The notes: generated by a model not told the origin, from the sequence alone. A stretch of 64,000 bases of DNA from Acidimicrobiia bacterium (GCA_040902845.1 JBBDWM010000034.1:147001-211000); one strand, 5' to 3'. Counted from the stretch's first letter, positions 44,180-54,199 are shown. Numbers and translations are program-made.

Positions 44180-45544
44180 ATGACAGATCACTTTGACTAT
44201 CAGGCGCTTTCCGCCGAGCTCGCAGGGAAAGGAGTCCAGGTCCTTTTTGGGTGTTATGTGGACGTCCATGGGGTGCCCAAAGCCAAAGCGGTGCCCATCG
44301 CAAAACTTGAGCAATGGGCCAAAGGGTCCGAGCTCTATACGGTCGGCGCGCTCGAAGGAATGGGCCCGCTCGGGCCCAATGAAGACGAGTGTGTGTCACT
44401 TCCCGATCTCGGTGCACTGACTCAGCTCCCTTGGGAACCGAGATATGCGGTGGCGCCAGCGGACCTCAACTTCCACGGCAGACCATACACCCACGACAGT
44501 CGGGCGATGTTGAAACGCCAGGTGGAGCGTGCCGCGGAAATGGGATACACGGTCAACGTCGGCATCGAACCCGAGGTATATGTCCTCCGGGAGACCGAAG
44601 ACGGTTTCGAACCCTTTATCGCGGAGGACCTCGACAACGTGCCCACCTACGGGTACGACCTTGAGGCGACGATCCTCGCCGAGCCGTACCTCGAGCCCAT
44701 GGTCAGATACATGACCGAGCTCGACTGGGGGGTGTACTCCTTCGATCATGAAGGGGGCGACGGTCAATACGAGTTCGACTTCGGCTACACCGATGCCCTC
44801 GGAATGGCCGATCGGATGATCATCTTCAGGCTGATGGCGAAGGCCGTGGCCCGCCAGCTCGGTTGTATCGCCAGCTTCATGCCCAAGCCATATTCAACGG
44901 CCTTTGGATCCGGCGCCCACATCAACATCTCGATCGCGGATTCCGGGACGGGTAAGAACCTGTTCGAAGGCGAAGGGGAGCTAGGACACGTGGCCGGATA
45001 CTCAGACCTTGCCCTCGCCTTCACCGCCGGTGTGCTCAAACACGGCAACGGGCTCAGTGCGGTGCTCTGCCCGACGGTCAATTCCTACAAGCGACTCCTG
45101 CCCCGCGGGTTGATGAACGAGATTTCCTGGGCACCCGTTTACCGAGCGTACGGGAGCAACAACCGCACGCTCATGGCGCGGTTACCGGTCAACAGAAGGT
45201 GTCTCGAGGTCCGCACGGCAGACAGTGCATGCAACCTCTATCAGGGATTGGCGGTGACGATTGCCGCCGGGCTCGAAGGCATCGAGGAGGGTCTCGATCC
45301 AGGTCCGGCGATCAATGTCGACACTTATCAGACGCCCCTCGATGAGCTGATCGCCCTTGGTGTCCACCGGCTGCCGCCCAATCTCGGGGATGCACTCGAC
45401 GCCTTCGCCGCGGACTCGCTCATGGAGGAAACATTCGGCAAGGAGTTCCATGCGGACTACCAGTCATACAAGAGGTTGGAGTGGGATGAGTACAACACGG
45501 TGGTCGACCAGTGGGAGATCAAGAAGTATCTGAAGCTGTGGTGA
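44180..45544 (+). CDS. glutamine synthetase family protein (type I-like; gamma-glutamyl-amine ligase candidate)
   Basis: GS catalytic-domain motifs NVGIEPEVYVL, YSFDHEGGDGQYEFDF, SFMPKPYSTAFGSGAHINISI, NRTLMARLP. Confidence 0.85.
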   Translation: MTDHFDYQALSAELAGKGVQVLFGCYVDVHGVPKAKAVPIAKLEQWAKGSELYTVGALEGMGPLGPNEDECVSLPDLGALTQLPWEPRYAVAPADLNFHGRPYTHDSRAMLKRQVERAAEMGYTVNVGIEPEVYVLRETEDGFEPFIAEDLDNVPTYGYDLEATILAEPYLEPMVRYMTELDWGVYSFDHEGGDGQYEFDFGYTDALGMADRMIIFRLMAKAVARQLGCIASFMPKPYSTAFGSGAHINISIADSGTGKNLFEGEGELGHVAGYSDLALAFTAGVLKHGNGLSAVLCPTVNSYKRLLPRGLMNEISWAPVYRAYGSNNRTLMARLPVNRRCLEVRTADSACNLYQGLAVTIAAGLEGIEEGLDPGPAINVDTYQTPLDELIALGVHRLPPNLGDALDAFAADSLMEETFGKEFHADYQSYKRLEWDEYNTVVDQWEIKKYLKLW

Positions 45545-45555
45545 AAGGAGGGGCG

Positions 45556-46809
45556 ATGATCGATCATCTACGGCGAAACGACGCAAATCAGGAGGCGCTT
45601 CGACGTCTCACCGAAGCCGACCCGATACTGGTCGACGTCAGAGCGGCGGTGGAGGTAGTGCCGGGCATGACCCCGACCACAATCCTCACCTCAGGCCCTC
45701 CCCATCCCTGGGAGGCCTATTATGGACCGCAGCGAAACGCTCTCATCTACGGGGCGATGTATGAGGGCCTGGCCAAGGACGAATCCGAAGCCGAGGCACT
45801 GCTCGCCGCCGGAGATATCAAGATCGAACCTTGCCACCATCACGGATGTGTCGGTTCGGTGGCCGGCATCTACACGGCCTCAATGCCGGTGTTCGTCGTT
45901 CAAAACCGGGCCGGAAGCAATATCGGTTTCTGCAATTTCTACGAAGGCGAATCGCGTCGTCGTCTGAACTATGGGGCGTACGGCGACGACGTCAAGGAGC
46001 GGCTCGACTTCGTCCACGGCGTCGTGGCACCAGTGATCCGGGAGGCGGTGCTGGCCTCCGGTGGGATCGCCCTGAAACCGATGATGTCGCGGGCCTTGCG
46101 GATGGGCGACGAGTTGCACAGCCGGAATACTGCCGGGACGATGCTGTTCGCCCGGGCATTATTCCCACATCTTCTCCAGCCCGTCGACGTGAGCGCCGAT
46201 GCAGTGCGCACGACGCTCGCCTTTCTCGATGAGAACGATTACTTCTTCCTCCGTCTGTCCATGGCTGCATCCAAGGTCGCTGTTGATGCGGCGAAGGGCG
46301 TTGAGGCTTCGAGCCTGGTCAACACCATGAGCATTTCGTGCAATGGCTATGGGATTCGAGTCTCAGGCCTTGGTGACGAATGGTTTGTGGGCCCCGAACC
46401 CACTGTGCAAGGCCACTTTTTCGAAGGGTTCACCGCGGAGGACCTGGTGTGGATGGGTGGGGAGAGCCATGTGACCGAGACTGCCGGTCTCGGTGGCTTT
46501 GCCCAGGCTTGCGCATTCCCGCTCCAGAAGTATCAGGGTGGCACGCCCGAGGCCATGATCAAGAGCAACCTCGAAATGTACGAGATCACGGTCGGTGAGC
46601 ACCCCGACTTCTTCATTCCGTATTTCGAGTTTCGTGGAACCCCAACCGGGATCGACATCTTCAAGGTCGTGGAAACCGGGATCACTCCGGTGATCGACGG
46701 CGGTCTTGGAGGTCGGGACGGTGGGCAGATCGGGGCTGGAGTCTTGCGCGCCCCGATCGAGTGTTTCGAGATGGCAGTCGCGGCATACGAATCTCGCTAT
46801 GGGTCCTGA
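45556..46809 (+). CDS. hypothetical protein, possibly DUF1116 (YlbE/AllG-like) family
   Basis: 417 aa. Strong SD AAAGGAGGGG before the ATG. The family assignment is a tentative recollection only (IEPCHHHGCVGS region). Confidence 0.45.
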   Translation: MIDHLRRNDANQEALRRLTEADPILVDVRAAVEVVPGMTPTTILTSGPPHPWEAYYGPQRNALIYGAMYEGLAKDESEAEALLAAGDIKIEPCHHHGCVGSVAGIYTASMPVFVVQNRAGSNIGFCNFYEGESRRRLNYGAYGDDVKERLDFVHGVVAPVIREAVLASGGIALKPMMSRALRMGDELHSRNTAGTMLFARALFPHLLQPVDVSADAVRTTLAFLDENDYFFLRLSMAASKVAVDAAKGVEASSLVNTMSISCNGYGIRVSGLGDEWFVGPEPTVQGHFFEGFTAEDLVWMGGESHVTETAGLGGFAQACAFPLQKYQGGTPEAMIKSNLEMYEITVGEHPDFFIPYFEFRGTPTGIDIFKVVETGITPVIDGGLGGRDGGQIGAGVLRAPIECFEMAVAAYESRYGS

Positions 46810-47755
46810 CCGAATCTTCGATCGCGATCAGACAACCCTCTTTTTTGACCCTGATGCGGAGCCAATTGCCGAGATCGGAGACGGCGAACGGATCGTTGTC
46901 CGAACGGCGGACTCGATCTGTGGTCTTTGGCGGCAGATGCCTCCGAACGGCCTCCACATAGAGGATGTAGTGCAGCGACTTGGGGGCGCATGTCCGTTGA
47001 CGGGGCCTTTCGCGGTAGTCGGATCGAAGCGGGGCCAGGTGATCGAGGTTGAGATCCAGCGGGTCGACCCCGACCCGGCCAGCGGAACGGGATGGAACGG
47101 TGTTTTTCACGGTTTTGGGGCTCTCTCGACCGACACCTATGGGCTGCAATCGTCGGTCGGCTCCGAGGTCAGGGAGATTCCCTACCGCGATGGAGTCGCC
47201 GAACTGGAGATGGCGGGTCGCAAGATTTCGATCCCGATGCATCCATTCCTGGGAACCATCGGAGTTGCTCCACCGAGGGAGCGGCGCATGAGTTTCAGTC
47301 AAGGGCCCGATTACCTCGGGGATGTCGACCAGCCCGGGATCACAGCCGGAGCCACCGTGGTCCTTCCCGTAAACGTGGATGGTGCCCTCCTCGCGCTAGG
47401 TGACGCCCATGGGGCGCAGGGCGACGGGGAGATCACAGGCGTCGCCCTGGAGATCGAGGCCGAGGTCGAGTTGACAGTCCGCGTTTCCGACGCCGATCAG
47501 GTTGGGTTCGTCGCTCTGCCGCAACTCAACACGCCACACTCGATCGGTTCCATCGCGGGATTCCATGGGGTGAATCTGGGAGATTGCGCCAGAGCCGCCT
47601 ACACCGATCTCGCACGAAGGCTGGTTCGTAGTCACGGATTGTCCCAGCTCGAGGCCTATGAGCTGTTGGGCCAGGTAGGGAGACTCCAGGTAGGGAATAT
47701 GATCGACCCGTTCTATTCGGTTACAGCTTCGGTGGCGAGGGTCTATTGCGACTGA
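46799..47755 (+). CDS. acetamidase/formamidase (FmdA_AmdA) family amidohydrolase
   Basis: LALGDAHGAQGDGEITGVALE signature, GPFAVVG, PFLGTIGVAPP. 11-nt overlap with the upstream gene. Confidence 0.8.
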   Translation: MGPDRIFDRDQTTLFFDPDAEPIAEIGDGERIVVRTADSICGLWRQMPPNGLHIEDVVQRLGGACPLTGPFAVVGSKRGQVIEVEIQRVDPDPASGTGWNGVFHGFGALSTDTYGLQSSVGSEVREIPYRDGVAELEMAGRKISIPMHPFLGTIGVAPPRERRMSFSQGPDYLGDVDQPGITAGATVVLPVNVDGALLALGDAHGAQGDGEITGVALEIEAEVELTVRVSDADQVGFVALPQLNTPHSIGSIAGFHGVNLGDCARAAYTDLARRLVRSHGLSQLEAYELLGQVGRLQVGNMIDPFYSVTASVARVYCD

Positions 47756-47781
47756 GTCTTGCACTCTGGCGTTAGGCGGAC

Positions 47782-48939
47782 CTACGCCTCTTCGGCCAGC
47801 ATCTCGTAGTCGCGGATCGTTACTTCCAGATAGGCGATCGCCCGCTCGTACCCGGTTTGCGCTTGATTCGTGGTGTAGGACAGAACTCTGGTCAGCCAGA
47901 GGCGAAAGGCGAGTGACTCCCAGGCCGGGTCTCCCAACCGGAACCCGGTGAGAAGGAACCGGAGGGTGTCGAGCCAGGTCCCGGCATCCATGAATGACAC
48001 CTCCGGCCGATCGATAACAGCCACGATGCCCTCCCTGGCCCGCACTGGCAGATCGGCGGCGAGTTGGGCCTCCGCGTCGGTCCAGCCACTCGTGAGCAAG
48101 GGCAAGGTGGAGGCCAGGTCGTAGGCCACGGTGCGCTTCAGATCGACTGGCACCGGGGCAGCGGGGTCGCTCCCATGGCGGGCCCCAGGCTCGGGGCCTT
48201 CCAGACCGGCCAGCCGGCAAACGGCATCGAGGCACTCCAGCACCATCGGGCGCAACTCATCCAACGACCCGTAGAGGGTGTGCCTCTTTCCGTCCGCCAC
48301 GAGATGTTCGTAGAGCCCGACTCCCATCACCGACGTGGCAAAGGTGATCACGGTGTCGATCCCCCAATCGGAGCGCGACCTGACCAATTGGGAGTCGGCA
48401 AGGGATTCCAGCGCCACCCGGGTGAGCAGCAGTTCCCCCCCCAGCGGTTGGTTGAGTCTGGGGAGGAAGGTCCCCGGGAAGAGCAAGGCGAGCCCAGGCC
48501 TCGTGATCATCCAGGTGATCATGGCGTCGGTGGCCGCCCGCGGGAAGCGGTGACGGACGACGCCATAACCGCCATCGGCGGCCTCCTCGGCGCCATCGAT
48601 CCAGGTTGCGCCGAAGTTGGTGATGTCGGCGTCGTAGAAATGGACCCGCTCCCTGCCCTCACCGGCGGCGCGCCTGATGGCGGTGTTCATGGCGTCCCCT
48701 TTCCCCGGTCGGAGATCCCCGATTCGCTCCTGGGGGATGACCAACACCGGTTTGGCGAGCTGCGCCGAGGTCCCTGCGGCCCCGGCTTCGACCTTGCGGG
48801 TCGTGGAGCTATCTTCGGAGGCCACCGCCCACACCTCGTCGATTCGGGGATGGGAGGCGGCGGTCCTCAGGTTGGCAATCACCAGGGCAGGATCCTCGTC
48901 CTTGAATGGGAAGACCGCCAGGCTCACCGAGACCACCAT
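47782..48939 (-). CDS. glycosyltransferase, mannosyl-3-phosphoglycerate synthase-like (GT55-like), tentative
   Basis: VHFYDADITNFGATWIDG resembles the GT55 MpgS motif GFIDADNYFPGAVW. KGDAMNTAI resembles GKAEGMILAL. Start set at the Met of MVVSVSLAVFPFKDED. Confidence 0.45.
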   Translation of the reverse strand: MVVSVSLAVFPFKDEDPALVIANLRTAASHPRIDEVWAVASEDSSTTRKVEAGAAGTSAQLAKPVLVIPQERIGDLRPGKGDAMNTAIRRAAGEGRERVHFYDADITNFGATWIDGAEEAADGGYGVVRHRFPRAATDAMITWMITRPGLALLFPGTFLPRLNQPLGGELLLTRVALESLADSQLVRSRSDWGIDTVITFATSVMGVGLYEHLVADGKRHTLYGSLDELRPMVLECLDAVCRLAGLEGPEPGARHGSDPAAPVPVDLKRTVAYDLASTLPLLTSGWTDAEAQLAADLPVRAREGIVAVIDRPEVSFMDAGTWLDTLRFLLTGFRLGDPAWESLAFRLWLTRVLSYTTNQAQTGYERAIAYLEVTIRDYEMLAEEA

Positions 48940-48983
48940 AGGAGACCGATTCCTGTCCCAGCGCGGGTCTACTCTCGCCTCCG

Positions 48984-50654
48984 ATGGATGAAATGGTCGG
49001 CCGGGTCCTAGGGACCAGAGACGCCACCCCACTCGAGTTCTGGATCGGGATCGATGAGGGGCAATACGTCCAACTCGACGACGTCGTCGCCCTCGAGCGG
49101 GTGCTCCCAACCGGTGAGATGGTTCGAATGTTCGGGATGGTCGGCCAGGTGGTCGCCCGGCACGAGGGTGCCCGCTTCGACTCCGACGTGTTTCTCATCG
49201 AGGACGGGATCCTTCCCGCGGAGGTCGTAGAAACCGCCCAGGTCACGACCACCCGCTTCGAGCCGGAGGTCTTCGTACCACCGCTCCCCGGCCAACCGGT
49301 GCGCATCGCCGTGGGAGACGAGCGTGATCAGGCTCTCTTCTTCGATCAGATGGAGCAGAAGTTCCCGGTGGGGCTGGCGCGCAACAAGGAGCCGCTGTGG
49401 GTCAACTTCGAGTTCATCAACGGCGACCGGGGTGCACATGTCAACATCTCAGGTATCTCCGGGGTGGCCACCAAGACGAGTTACGCCACCTTCCTGCTCC
49501 ACTCCTTGTTCACCTCGGGTGTCCTCGGCAAGGCGGTGGTCAACACCAAAGCCCTGATCTTCAACGTGAAGGGCGAGGATCTGCTCCATCTCGACCGGGT
49601 CAACACCCGTCTCGATGACCATCACCGTCTCGGCTACGCCCATCTCGGCCTTCCCTCGACTCCCTTCGACTCGGTGGGGATCTTTGCCCCTCCCCGAATC
49701 GACGATCAAAGGGCGACGGCAGATGTTGCATCCCGGTCCGACGTGACCTCCTTTTTCTGGACGCTTCACGAGTTCTGTGTAGACGAGCTCCTCCCATTCC
49801 TCTTCGCCGACGCCGAAGACGACCGTGCCCAATACACGACCGTGGTCTACAACGTGATGGCCCAATTGCGTCAGGCCGAGGCCACGGAAGCTGGTGCCGC
49901 GGTGGTCGACGGGGTCAAGGTGCGCACCTTTCGGGAGTTCGTCGATCTGGTGACCGACCGGGTCCAAAGCGAGGAGCATCGGTTCCTGTGGGCCGGCCCT
50001 GCCATCGGCATCGGCACCATCAACGCCTTTGTGCGGAGGTTGCAGGCGTCGGTTCGCCATCTGGAGCGAATGATCCGGGCCGATGTTCCCGACCCCGAGC
50101 GCCACAAGATACGGCTCGACCCCAATCAGGTGACGGTGGTCGACCTCCACAATCTCAACGACCGGGCGAAGCGCTTCGTCGTGGGGGTGACGTTGAAGCG
50201 CGCCTTCGACGAGAAGGAGCGAGCCGGCCAATCCGATGAGCTCTTATTGGTGGTGCTGGACGAGTTGAACAAATACGCCCCGCGCGAGGGGACCAGCCCG
50301 ATCAAAGAAGTCCTGCTCGATGTGGCTGAGCGCGGGCGCTCGCTCGGCGTCATCCTGATTGGTGCCCAACAGACAGCCTCCGAGGTGGAGCGTCGGATCA
50401 TCGCCAATTCCTCGATCCGGGTCGTAGGGCGTCTCGATGCGGCCGAGGCCTCCCGGGAGGAGTACGGCTTTCTTCCGTCGGTGCACCGGCAGCGAGCGAC
50501 GATTCTGAAGCCGGGGACCATGATCCTGAGCCAGCCCGAGCTGCCGGTGCCGTTGGTGTTGGAGTTCCCATTTCCGGCATGGGCCACCAGGGCGTCCGAG
50601 GCAGTGCCGGTGCCCGCATTCACCGGCCCGGACGACCCTTTCGAGGGCTTGTAG
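48984..50654 (+). CDS. herA: HerA-like FtsK/HerA-superfamily ATPase (HAS-barrel N-terminus; deviant Walker A)
   Basis: N-terminal MVGRVLGTRD...YVQLDD...GMVGQVV HAS-barrel-like pattern. P-loop position reads ISGISGVATKTSY (non-canonical). Walker B LLLVVLDELNKYAP. First gene of the operon. Confidence 0.55.
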   Translation: MDEMVGRVLGTRDATPLEFWIGIDEGQYVQLDDVVALERVLPTGEMVRMFGMVGQVVARHEGARFDSDVFLIEDGILPAEVVETAQVTTTRFEPEVFVPPLPGQPVRIAVGDERDQALFFDQMEQKFPVGLARNKEPLWVNFEFINGDRGAHVNISGISGVATKTSYATFLLHSLFTSGVLGKAVVNTKALIFNVKGEDLLHLDRVNTRLDDHHRLGYAHLGLPSTPFDSVGIFAPPRIDDQRATADVASRSDVTSFFWTLHEFCVDELLPFLFADAEDDRAQYTTVVYNVMAQLRQAEATEAGAAVVDGVKVRTFREFVDLVTDRVQSEEHRFLWAGPAIGIGTINAFVRRLQASVRHLERMIRADVPDPERHKIRLDPNQVTVVDLHNLNDRAKRFVVGVTLKRAFDEKERAGQSDELLLVVLDELNKYAPREGTSPIKEVLLDVAERGRSLGVILIGAQQTASEVERRIIANSSIRVVGRLDAAEASREEYGFLPSVHRQRATILKPGTMILSQPELPVPLVLEFPFPAWATRASEAVPVPAFTGPDDPFEGL

Positions 50655-50711
50655 CCGCCCGGAGCGACCGGCTCCCCGAATCTGTCCCACCCGCTCTTTA
50701 CGATCGACCCT

Positions 50712-51845
50712 GTGACAGTGAAGATCCTCCACACCTCCGATTGGCATGTCGGACGACGGATCCGCGGCCGGGACCGGTCTGAGGAGCACCGCTCGGTTCT
50801 GGCCGAGTTGGTGGCGATTGCCGCCGGGGCCGAAGTCCAGCTCGTGGTCGTGGCCGGCGACGTGTTCGACGCGTCGGCTCCGACACCCGCGGCCGAGCAG
50901 ATCGTATGGAGAGGCCTTCTCGACCTGGCCGAAGTGGCGCCGGTGGTGGTCATCGCCGGCAACCACGACAACCCGGCTCGACTGGAAGCGGTATCCCCGC
51001 TGCTCGAGATGGGCCGGATCGTCGCCTGTTCCGAACCGTCGGCACCGGACCGGGGCGGAGTGGCCTATTACGAGGAAATGGGCATCAAGATCGCAATGCT
51101 CCCATTTATCTCCCAGCGTGGGATTGTGCGCGCCGAGCAGATAATGGGCTCCGATCCCGATCAGCACGCCGGAGCGTACGAGGAGCGGATCAAGAGACTG
51201 ATCGACGCCCTCACCGCGGGGATGACCACCGACACCGTCAACCTGCTCGCCGGCCACCTCACGGTGCATAACGCCCAAGAAGGTGGGGGAGAGCGGCAGG
51301 CCCACATCTTCGGGTATGCAGTGCCCACCTCGGTGTTTCCCGGACACCTCTCCCACGTGGCGCTGGGACATCTCCATCGCCAGCAGAAGGTGCCCCATGG
51401 GGGGTCGGTCTGGTACTCGGGGTCACCCCTGCAACTCGACTTCGGCGAGGTTGACGACCGGAAGGGGGCGCTCTTGATCGAGGCGGTTCCCGGGCTCCCT
51501 TCCAAGGTGACGACCGTGCCGCTTACTTCGGGTCGGCGTCTGGTCACCCTCACGGGATCGGTCGATCAGGTTCTGGCTCGGGCCGACGAGGTCGAAGACG
51601 CGTATGTGAAGGTCGTGCTCACCGAAAAAGCCCGAGTCGGGCTGGCAGACACAGTGCGAATGGCAATTCCCGGGGCGGTCGACGTGACCCTTCAGATGCC
51701 GACTCCCACGCGGCCCCGCGCGGTGGAGAGTCGCCGCGCCATCTCACCCACCGACGCTTTCCACAGGTACCTCGAGGACAACAACGTCGGCGACGACCGG
51801 GTTGAGGCCCTCTTCGCCGAGTTGTTCGACGAGGCCACCACATGA
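50712..51845 (+). CDS. sbcD: Mre11/SbcD family DNA repair nuclease
   Basis: Phosphoesterase motifs I ILHTSDWHVG, II VVVAGDVFD, III IAGNHD, plus GHLHR. 377 aa. Confidence 0.85.
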   Translation: MTVKILHTSDWHVGRRIRGRDRSEEHRSVLAELVAIAAGAEVQLVVVAGDVFDASAPTPAAEQIVWRGLLDLAEVAPVVVIAGNHDNPARLEAVSPLLEMGRIVACSEPSAPDRGGVAYYEEMGIKIAMLPFISQRGIVRAEQIMGSDPDQHAGAYEERIKRLIDALTAGMTTDTVNLLAGHLTVHNAQEGGGERQAHIFGYAVPTSVFPGHLSHVALGHLHRQQKVPHGGSVWYSGSPLQLDFGEVDDRKGALLIEAVPGLPSKVTTVPLTSGRRLVTLTGSVDQVLARADEVEDAYVKVVLTEKARVGLADTVRMAIPGAVDVTLQMPTPTRPRAVESRRAISPTDAFHRYLEDNNVGDDRVEALFAELFDEATT

Positions 51846-54199
51846 GACCGCTGAGCATCACCCTGGAAGGGTTCTCGGCCTATCGGGCGTCCAGCAGCGT
51901 CAGCTTTGCCGAAGTCGACTTCTTCTCACTCAGCGGACCGACGGGCTCGGGCAAGTCGAGTCTGATCGATGCCATGATCTTCGCCCTCTACGGGCGGGTT
52001 CCCCGGCTCGGCGGTTCTCAGGTGGCGCCGGTCATCTCCGCCGGAGCCGACCGGGCGCGAGTTTCCGTCGAGTTCGCCGTTGGAGACCAGGTCTACACGG
52101 TGGCGAGGCAGGTGTTGCGCACCAAGACCGGGGCCAATACCAATGAGGCGCGTCTCGAACGAGGCGCCGAGTCGTTGGCCTCGGGTGCCGACGACGTGAC
52201 CAAGGCAGTCGAGGATCTGCTCGGGCTGCGGTACGAGGACTTCACCAGGACCGTGGTGCTGCCCCAGGGTGAGTTCGCCAGGTTTCTCACTGCAACCAAG
52301 TCCGATCGTCAGGCCCTCCTGCGCAAGCTTCTCGACCTCGACATCTACGCAGAGCTCCGGGTGTTGGCGGGGGTCAGGGAAAAAGAGGCGAAGTACCGGG
52401 CAGATCAGGCTCGGACCAGAAGGGACGCACTCGAAATCCCGGACGAGCGGGCCCTGACCGTTGCCCGCGACCGATTGGGGCAGCTCGACGAGATGGCCGA
52501 AAGGATCGGGGACCTCGAAGCAACCGTCACCGGTCTGGAGGGCGCCGCCGGCGCCGCGGTTGAGGTGGTGTCCCGTTTGGAGGGCAACCTGGGGCGTCTC
52601 GACTCGATCACACCTCCCGAAAACCTCGAATTGCTCGACGAGACAATCAATCGGGCCCGAGATGCCTTCGACGGGCTCGAGAAGCGGCGCGATCAGTTGA
52701 AGGCCGAATTCGACCTGGCCGAGGTGGGTTTGGAGGAGCTTCCTTCGACCGAATCGCTCGAGACTGATGCCCGGACCTACTTGCGGCTCACCGAACTCGA
52801 GGCGCGATTCGCAGAGCTCGACATCCCCGGGGCCGAGGCCCGAGTCACGGAAGCAACCATGGCCCTGCACGCTGTCACCACCAATCACGGGCAGGCGACC
52901 TTGGAACTGGCGGCGGCCCGCGTCACCCACTCCGCCCACGCCTTGCGTGCGACCCTGGTGGTGGGTGAGCCGTGCCCGGTTTGTGATCTGCCAGTGGCCA
53001 AGGTTCCCGACGGCGGCCGTGATCCCGATCTCACGCGGCTCGAGGAAGCGGAACGAGAGGCTTCTACTAGCGTGAACACGGCTGGCGTCGGTCTCGATGC
53101 GGCCCGCGCCGAGGGTGCCAGGATCGAGGCCATCCGCATCGAGTTGGAGACCCAACGCGGCTCCCTCATCAGCGATCTCGAATCCGCCCCACCGGTGGAG
53201 ACCCTGCAAGACCAGATGACAGCGGTGGAGGCGGCGAAGGCGCTCATCGTCGAGAAACAGCGTGATCTCGGAGTCGTCGATGGGCTCCTCTCGACCACCC
53301 GCGGCGAGTTGGAGACGGCGGCCGAGGCCTTTCGATCCATCGGTCGCGATCTGATGGCGGCCCGGGAGACGGTGGCAGATCTCCAGCCGCCCTTGCCCGA
53401 AAGCGACGACAACCTCGTTCGGTGGAAGGAGCTGATGGATTGGGTGGGTCAGGCTCGTCTCGACACCAGGGCCCGTCTTGACGAGGCGGGAACCGCGGCC
53501 CGGGTGGCGGCCTCCGATGCGGTGAAGGCCCGCGAGCGCCTGGTAACCGAGCTCGAGAGCATCGGGATCGAGGCAATCGCTCCGTTTGCGGTTCAAGTGG
53601 CGAGGGAGCAGGAACAGGCCAAGCAGACGGTCAAGGAGATGGAGACGGTCATCGGCCTGGCCGCAGAATTGGCCACGGTCGTCGAGGAGGCGGAGACCAG
53701 CACCGCCATCGCCCACTCCCTTGCCGGCCACCTTCGAGCCGATGGCTTCGAGCGCTGGCTGATGGTTGGGGCCGTTACCGACCTGGTCGCCGGGGCCAAC
53801 GGTCTCCTCGCCCAACTGTCGGGTGGAGGCTTCTCGCTGTACGCCGACGACGACGGGGGGTTTGCCATTGTCGACCACCGCAACGCCGACGAAACTCGAT
53901 CCGTCTCCACGCTTTCCGGAGGCGAGACCTTTCTGGTGGCCCTCGCTCTTGCGCTCTCTCTGGCGGAGACGTTGTCCACCGGGGCGGCCTCCGGCTTGGA
54001 TGCGATCTTCCTCGACGAGGGATTCGGCACCCTCGACGAGGAGTCACTTGACACAGTGGCCGCGGTGCTCGAGGAGTTGACCGGTCGAGGCCTCATGGTC
54101 GGGATCGTCACCCACGTCAAGGAGTTGGCTGCAAGGGCGACGGTCCGGCTCGAGGTTCGACGTGAGCCCACCGGGTCTGTGGTCGAGGTGGCGTCGTGA
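51842..54199 (+). CDS. sbcC: Rad50/SbcC family SMC-like ATPase with a CPVC zinc hook
   Basis: Walker A SLSGPTGSGKSSLIDAM. Coiled-coil with VVGEPCPVCDLPV (CXXC hook). Signature STLSGGETFLVALAL. Walker B IFLDEGFGTLD. ATGA overlap with sbcD. Confidence 0.85.
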   Translation: MRPLSITLEGFSAYRASSSVSFAEVDFFSLSGPTGSGKSSLIDAMIFALYGRVPRLGGSQVAPVISAGADRARVSVEFAVGDQVYTVARQVLRTKTGANTNEARLERGAESLASGADDVTKAVEDLLGLRYEDFTRTVVLPQGEFARFLTATKSDRQALLRKLLDLDIYAELRVLAGVREKEAKYRADQARTRRDALEIPDERALTVARDRLGQLDEMAERIGDLEATVTGLEGAAGAAVEVVSRLEGNLGRLDSITPPENLELLDETINRARDAFDGLEKRRDQLKAEFDLAEVGLEELPSTESLETDARTYLRLTELEARFAELDIPGAEARVTEATMALHAVTTNHGQATLELAAARVTHSAHALRATLVVGEPCPVCDLPVAKVPDGGRDPDLTRLEEAEREASTSVNTAGVGLDAARAEGARIEAIRIELETQRGSLISDLESAPPVETLQDQMTAVEAAKALIVEKQRDLGVVDGLLSTTRGELETAAEAFRSIGRDLMAARETVADLQPPLPESDDNLVRWKELMDWVGQARLDTRARLDEAGTAARVAASDAVKARERLVTELESIGIEAIAPFAVQVAREQEQAKQTVKEMETVIGLAAELATVVEEAETSTAIAHSLAGHLRADGFERWLMVGAVTDLVAGANGLLAQLSGGGFSLYADDDGGFAIVDHRNADETRSVSTLSGGETFLVALALALSLAETLSTGAASGLDAIFLDEGFGTLDEESLDTVAAVLEELTGRGLMVGIVTHVKELAARATVRLEVRREPTGSVVEVAS

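Noticed and set aside
51926-53878. 650-aa minus-strand ORF antisense to rad50/sbcC
   Set aside because: It lies entirely antisense to a gene with unmistakable Walker A, hook, signature and Walker B motifs. It is Arg/Gly/Pro-rich and low-complexity, as expected from GC-rich antisense frames, with no recognisable motifs.
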